Source: an uncultured delta proteobacterium
GTDB lineage: Bacteria; Myxococcota_A; Polyangia; Polyangiales; JAFGIB01
Reading direction: 5' to 3'
NCBI GenBank assembly: GCA_963778655.1
Contig: CAVZVA010000009.1
Span: forward strand, 1,376,001-1,440,000
DNA: 64,000 bases
Shown: piece by piece, positions 60,465 to 64,000 of the stretch
Position numbering within the stretch: position 1 is the stretch's first letter
Layout of the letters: each line of letters starts with the position of its first letter
Notes under the pieces: model-generated
What the model was told of the DNA's origin: nothing
Databases searched by the model: none
What the model saw: only the letters and a program-made list of their open reading frames with translations
Made by a program: the position numbers and the translations under genes

Positions 60465-61844
60465 TCATCCTGTTTCCTGGCTCTTGAGCCCCGCGCGCGT
60501 GAGCCCGCGCCAGAGCTGGTGGGCCTTGCCGGCAGCGGCGGTTTCGCCCAGCGCCTCGAGCAGGCCGGGCAGCACCAGCTGCACGCCGGGGTGGCGCCGC
60601 AAGCGCGCGTCCAGCTCGCGGCGGAATTCGCCGAGCGCGATCCCGCCGTCGATCACCAGCTTGCCGTACACCACGCGGTGCGCCTCGGGCGGACGGTGGC
60701 GGTGCTTGTGCATGTGCTCGCCGCTCGCGCAGCGGCTGCACAGCATCTCCACCCGCTCCTGGTGCACGAACGCGCGGCTGCCCTCGGGCAGATCGGCCGC
60801 GAGCGCGTCGAGCTGCCCCGGCTGCTGTTGCAGCGCCACGAAGCGCAGCCGCCGCTCGTCGCCGCGGCGCAGCACGGCCAGCAACGGGAAGCAGGGCGTG
60901 GGCCGGCCGTCGCGCTCGCTGAACGCCACCGGCGCGCCGTCCCACAGCACCACGTCGCCGTAATCGACGGAGGCCTCGCGGTAGCTGGCGCTGGCCACCA
61001 CGCCGTGACACGGGCTGAGCGGGCTGACCCACAGCAGCTCGAAGCTCACCGAACGCTCGGGCACGGCCGACCCCGGCCCCAGGCCCGCGCCGACCGTGGC
61101 CGCGCGTACCAGAAACGGCGGCAGCTGCTCGACCTCGGGCATGCCGCTTTCGGCGCACCGCGCGTCGTGGCCGAGCTTGCGCAGCGCCTCGACCGCCAGC
61201 GCGCCTTCGCCCAGCGCGGTGGCGCAGATCGCGCTGTTCCACAGCACCGCCTTCTGATCGCCGAGCAGCGCACGGGCCCGCTGGTTGCAGGCCAGGCCCT
61301 GGCGAAAGTCGCCCCGCGCCTTGTGCAGCAGGCCGAGGTTGAACCAGAAGCTACCCCGCTCGGGCTCGGCCGCGAGCGCCTGCTCGAAGGCGGCCAGCGC
61401 CTCGTCCCAGGCGTGCGCCAGACGCAGCGCGTTGGCGCGGCCCATGCGCAGGTAAGAGAGCATGGCGGGCTCGCCTCCGCGGCGCTCGAGCGCGGTCAGG
61501 CAACGCGCGGCGGCTGCGGCGGCGCGTGCAGCCGGCCCCTGCGCAGCAGGCGGCTCGTCCGCGGGCGTGAGCTCGGCCGCGCGGATCAACGCATCGCACG
61601 CGCGCGTGACCAGGGCCGGGTCTTCGGGCCAGCGCGCGAGCACGCGTTCGACGTCGGCGAGCAACGTCGGCCGCGACGGGTCCGCGCGCAGCAGCTCGAG
61701 CCAGAGCGCCGCCCGCTCGGGCTGCTGCTCGGGCTCGAGCGCGCTCAGCGCCTCGAGCGCGGCGGCCACCTCGGCCGGCTCGCGCGCAGTGCGGGCGCGT
61801 TCGATCGTGCTGGCTGGGGTGATAGGCGTGCCCACGGAACTCAC
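60465..61844 (-). CDS. TPR-containing protein
   Basis: AWDEALAAFEQALAAEP, WFNLGLLHK, WNSAICAT; CxxC..GE..H motif near the C-terminus; GTGA overlap. Confidence 0.75.
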   Translation of the reverse strand: MSSVGTPITPASTIERARTAREPAEVAAALEALSALEPEQQPERAALWLELLRADPSRPTLLADVERVLARWPEDPALVTRACDALIRAAELTPADEPPAAQGPAARAAAAAARCLTALERRGGEPAMLSYLRMGRANALRLAHAWDEALAAFEQALAAEPERGSFWFNLGLLHKARGDFRQGLACNQRARALLGDQKAVLWNSAICATALGEGALAVEALRKLGHDARCAESGMPEVEQLPPFLVRAATVGAGLGPGSAVPERSVSFELLWVSPLSPCHGVVASASYREASVDYGDVVLWDGAPVAFSERDGRPTPCFPLLAVLRRGDERRLRFVALQQQPGQLDALAADLPEGSRAFVHQERVEMLCSRCASGEHMHKHRHRPPEAHRVVYGKLVIDGGIALGEFRRELDARLRRHPGVQLVLPGLLEALGETAAAGKAHQLWRGLTRAGLKSQETG

Positions 61845-62971
61845 GGCTCCGGCGGCGAGTCCAGCTCGACGATCGTCTCGCCGGTTACGATGCCCGGGCC
61901 GACGGTCACCGTGATCAGAGCCTGCTCGCCGGGCAGATGGTGATCGAGCTGCTTCTGCAGCTCCGCCATGCTGTGCACCGGATGTGAGTCGAGCGCCAGG
62001 ATGATGTGCCCGGTCCACGGCACGCCCAGCTGCGCGATGAAGGGCGGCGGCGGGTCGGAGGCGCTGAGTATGCCGGCGCGCGCCGCTGGGCTGCCGGGCA
62101 CCACGCGGAGCACGCGCACGCCCCGGTAGCCCTGCGCCCGAAAGTCCGCGCCGTATACGCCCAGCCACACCCTGCGGGCCGGGTGCGCGTGGTGGTGCCC
62201 GCCTTCGCGGCGCTCGGAGCGGGCGTTGGGGCCGGCGGCTCGGGCTCCCGACCCGGTCAGCTCCTGTTCCACCTCCGCCAGCAGCTGCTTGACGTAGCGC
62301 GCCGGCACCGCGAAGCCGATGCCTGCGCTGGCCCCACTGCGCGAGAGGATCGCGGTGTTGACCCCGATGATCTCACCGTTCGTGTTGACCAGCGGGCCGC
62401 CCGAGTTGCCCGGGTTGATCGGCGCGTCGGTCTGGATCACACCGCGCACGTCGCCCTCGCCGATCGCGGCCAGATCGCGACGTGCGCTGACGATGCCCTG
62501 GGTGAGCGTGCCCTCGAGGCCGTAGGGGCTGCCGAACGCGAGCACGGTCTGGCCCACCTTGACCTGGTCGGAGTCGCCCAGCGGCAGCGGACGCACGTGC
62601 ACGCGGCCGTCGACCTGCGCCACCGCCAGATCGTGGCGCGCGTCGTAGGCGATCAGGCTGGCCTCGCGCACGCTGCCGTCGCCGAAGCGCACCCGCAGCC
62701 GGCCGCTCCAGCGCGCCCCCGAGGCGACGTGGGCGTTGGTGACGATCCAGCCGTGCGCCGGAGCCACGAAGCCCGAGCCCGAGGACTCCCCCGCCACCAC
62801 GGTGACGGTCACCTCCTTGAGGCGCTGGGCCAGCCGGATGCGCTGCTCGTCCGAGATTTCGGCGCGTGACACACCGGGCGCGCACAGCGTCATGGCGTTC
62901 AAGACCAGGGCGACTGCCTGGGGCAAGAAAGCGCCCCTGCCGAGGCCACGCGGGCGACAAGCTCCTGACAT
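61841..62971 (-). CDS. HtrA/DegP-family serine protease with PDZ domain
   Basis: GSGF, VTNAHV, DLAV, IQTDAPINPGNSGGPL, PDZ WLGV...GSPAARAG. Confidence 0.92.
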   Translation of the reverse strand: MSGACRPRGLGRGAFLPQAVALVLNAMTLCAPGVSRAEISDEQRIRLAQRLKEVTVTVVAGESSGSGFVAPAHGWIVTNAHVASGARWSGRLRVRFGDGSVREASLIAYDARHDLAVAQVDGRVHVRPLPLGDSDQVKVGQTVLAFGSPYGLEGTLTQGIVSARRDLAAIGEGDVRGVIQTDAPINPGNSGGPLVNTNGEIIGVNTAILSRSGASAGIGFAVPARYVKQLLAEVEQELTGSGARAAGPNARSERREGGHHHAHPARRVWLGVYGADFRAQGYRGVRVLRVVPGSPAARAGILSASDPPPPFIAQLGVPWTGHIILALDSHPVHSMAELQKQLDHHLPGEQALITVTVGPGIVTGETIVELDSPPEP

Positions 62972-63182
62972 GTCGGTATAGATGGCCACTGTTTCGGCTG
63001 GATTCAACTGCAAACCGACGTGCCCGCGCTGGGCGCGTGCTCGTGCGTCCGCCCCGCCCGTCGGGCGGGCCTCGCGTGGCCGCTGGCCGGGGCCGGCCCC
63101 TCGCCTTGGTGGTGGGCAAGCGCGGCCGACAAATCTACAATGGGCGTGCGGGCCTGCGAGCCCGCTCCGAAGACGAGGAACC

Positions 63183-63947
63183 GTGAAGCGCGTTGCGTTT
63201 GGGGTCAGCGACATCGGACGGCGAAGGCTTTCCAACGAAGACGCCTTCCTGGCCGACGACGAGCTGGGCCTGTATGTCGTGGCCGACGGGATGGGCGGCC
63301 ACAACGCCGGCGAGGTCGCCAGCGGCGAGGCCGTGGACGTGTTGCACAGCATGGTCAAGCGCGAGGGCCAGGCGCTGGCCGCGATCGACGACCTGCCGCC
63401 CGGCGACGCCCCGGCGGAGGCCATGCGCCGCACGCTGCGGCTGATCGAGAGCGCGGTGCAGGCCGCGACCTACATGGTGTTCGGCTTGGGCGAGGCCAAC
63501 CCCGAGCGCAAGGGCATGGGCACCACCATCAGCGTGCTGCTGGCCCGCGGTGAGCACGCGATCATCGCGCAGGTCGGCGACAGCCGTATCTACCTCGTGC
63601 GCGACGGCAACGTCGAGCAGGTGACCGAAGATCACACGCTGGTGGCGTGGCAGCTGAAGAAGGGCCTGATCACCGCCGAGGAGGCGCGCCACTCCCGGCA
63701 GAAGAACGTGATCACGCGCGCGGTCGGCTCGCGCGAGTACGTGCAGGTCGACACACGCGCGCTGCCGGTGCGCAGCGGCGACCGCTTCCTGCTGTGCTCG
63801 GACGGGTTGCACAGCTACCTCGACGAGCCCGAAATCGCGGCGCTCGGCTCGGGCTCGGTCAAGGACGCGGCCAACCGCGCGGTGCAGCTCGCAAACCAGC
63901 GCGGCGGCCGCGACAACATCACCGCGGTGGTGGTCGAGCTGTCTTGA
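63183..63947 (+). CDS. PP2C/Stp1-family Ser/Thr phosphatase
   Basis: SDIGRRR..NED, VADGMGGH, MGTT, VGDSR.Y, LCSDGL, GGRDNIT. Confidence 0.93.
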   Translation: MKRVAFGVSDIGRRRLSNEDAFLADDELGLYVVADGMGGHNAGEVASGEAVDVLHSMVKREGQALAAIDDLPPGDAPAEAMRRTLRLIESAVQAATYMVFGLGEANPERKGMGTTISVLLARGEHAIIAQVGDSRIYLVRDGNVEQVTEDHTLVAWQLKKGLITAEEARHSRQKNVITRAVGSREYVQVDTRALPVRSGDRFLLCSDGLHSYLDEPEIAALGSGSVKDAANRAVQLANQRGGRDNITAVVVELS

Positions 63948-64000
63948 AGATCCAGGGACAGCCCCTAGAGCCTAGAGCACCGAACATATTGACACACGCA

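Overview
Very GC-rich chromosomal window from a myxobacterium (gene content typical of Myxococcota/Polyangiales: Ser/Thr kinases, MXAN_5808-type S41 protease, PilR-pilA-pilG-like locus, DAG-repeat secreted proteins). Most of it is core or envelope genes: a type IV pilin cluster with three pilin paralogues and a sigma54 promoter, UbiA plus two GT-C glycosyltransferases, a polyprenyl synthase, yfgM-bamB-like genes, comEA, cca, thrH, gap-pgk-tpiA-secG, kup, yhhQ, a kinase-STAND-TPR protein, HtrA and PP2C. The standout feature is in the ~1.1 kb gene-free gap at 27740-28862. A 28-bp XerCD dif-like site (28623-28650) is abutted, with no intervening base, by a complete 694-nt ORF-less group II intron on the minus strand (28622->27929). 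Its two candidate exon-binding loops (EBS1/EBS2) can pair with 14 contiguous nucleotides of the dif site. Two decayed head-to-tail intron remnants follow it, as expected from repeated homing into the same target. This looks like a dif-targeting group II intron, a system I do not recognise from the literature. All structure and pairing assignments were made by eye and need computational confirmation.
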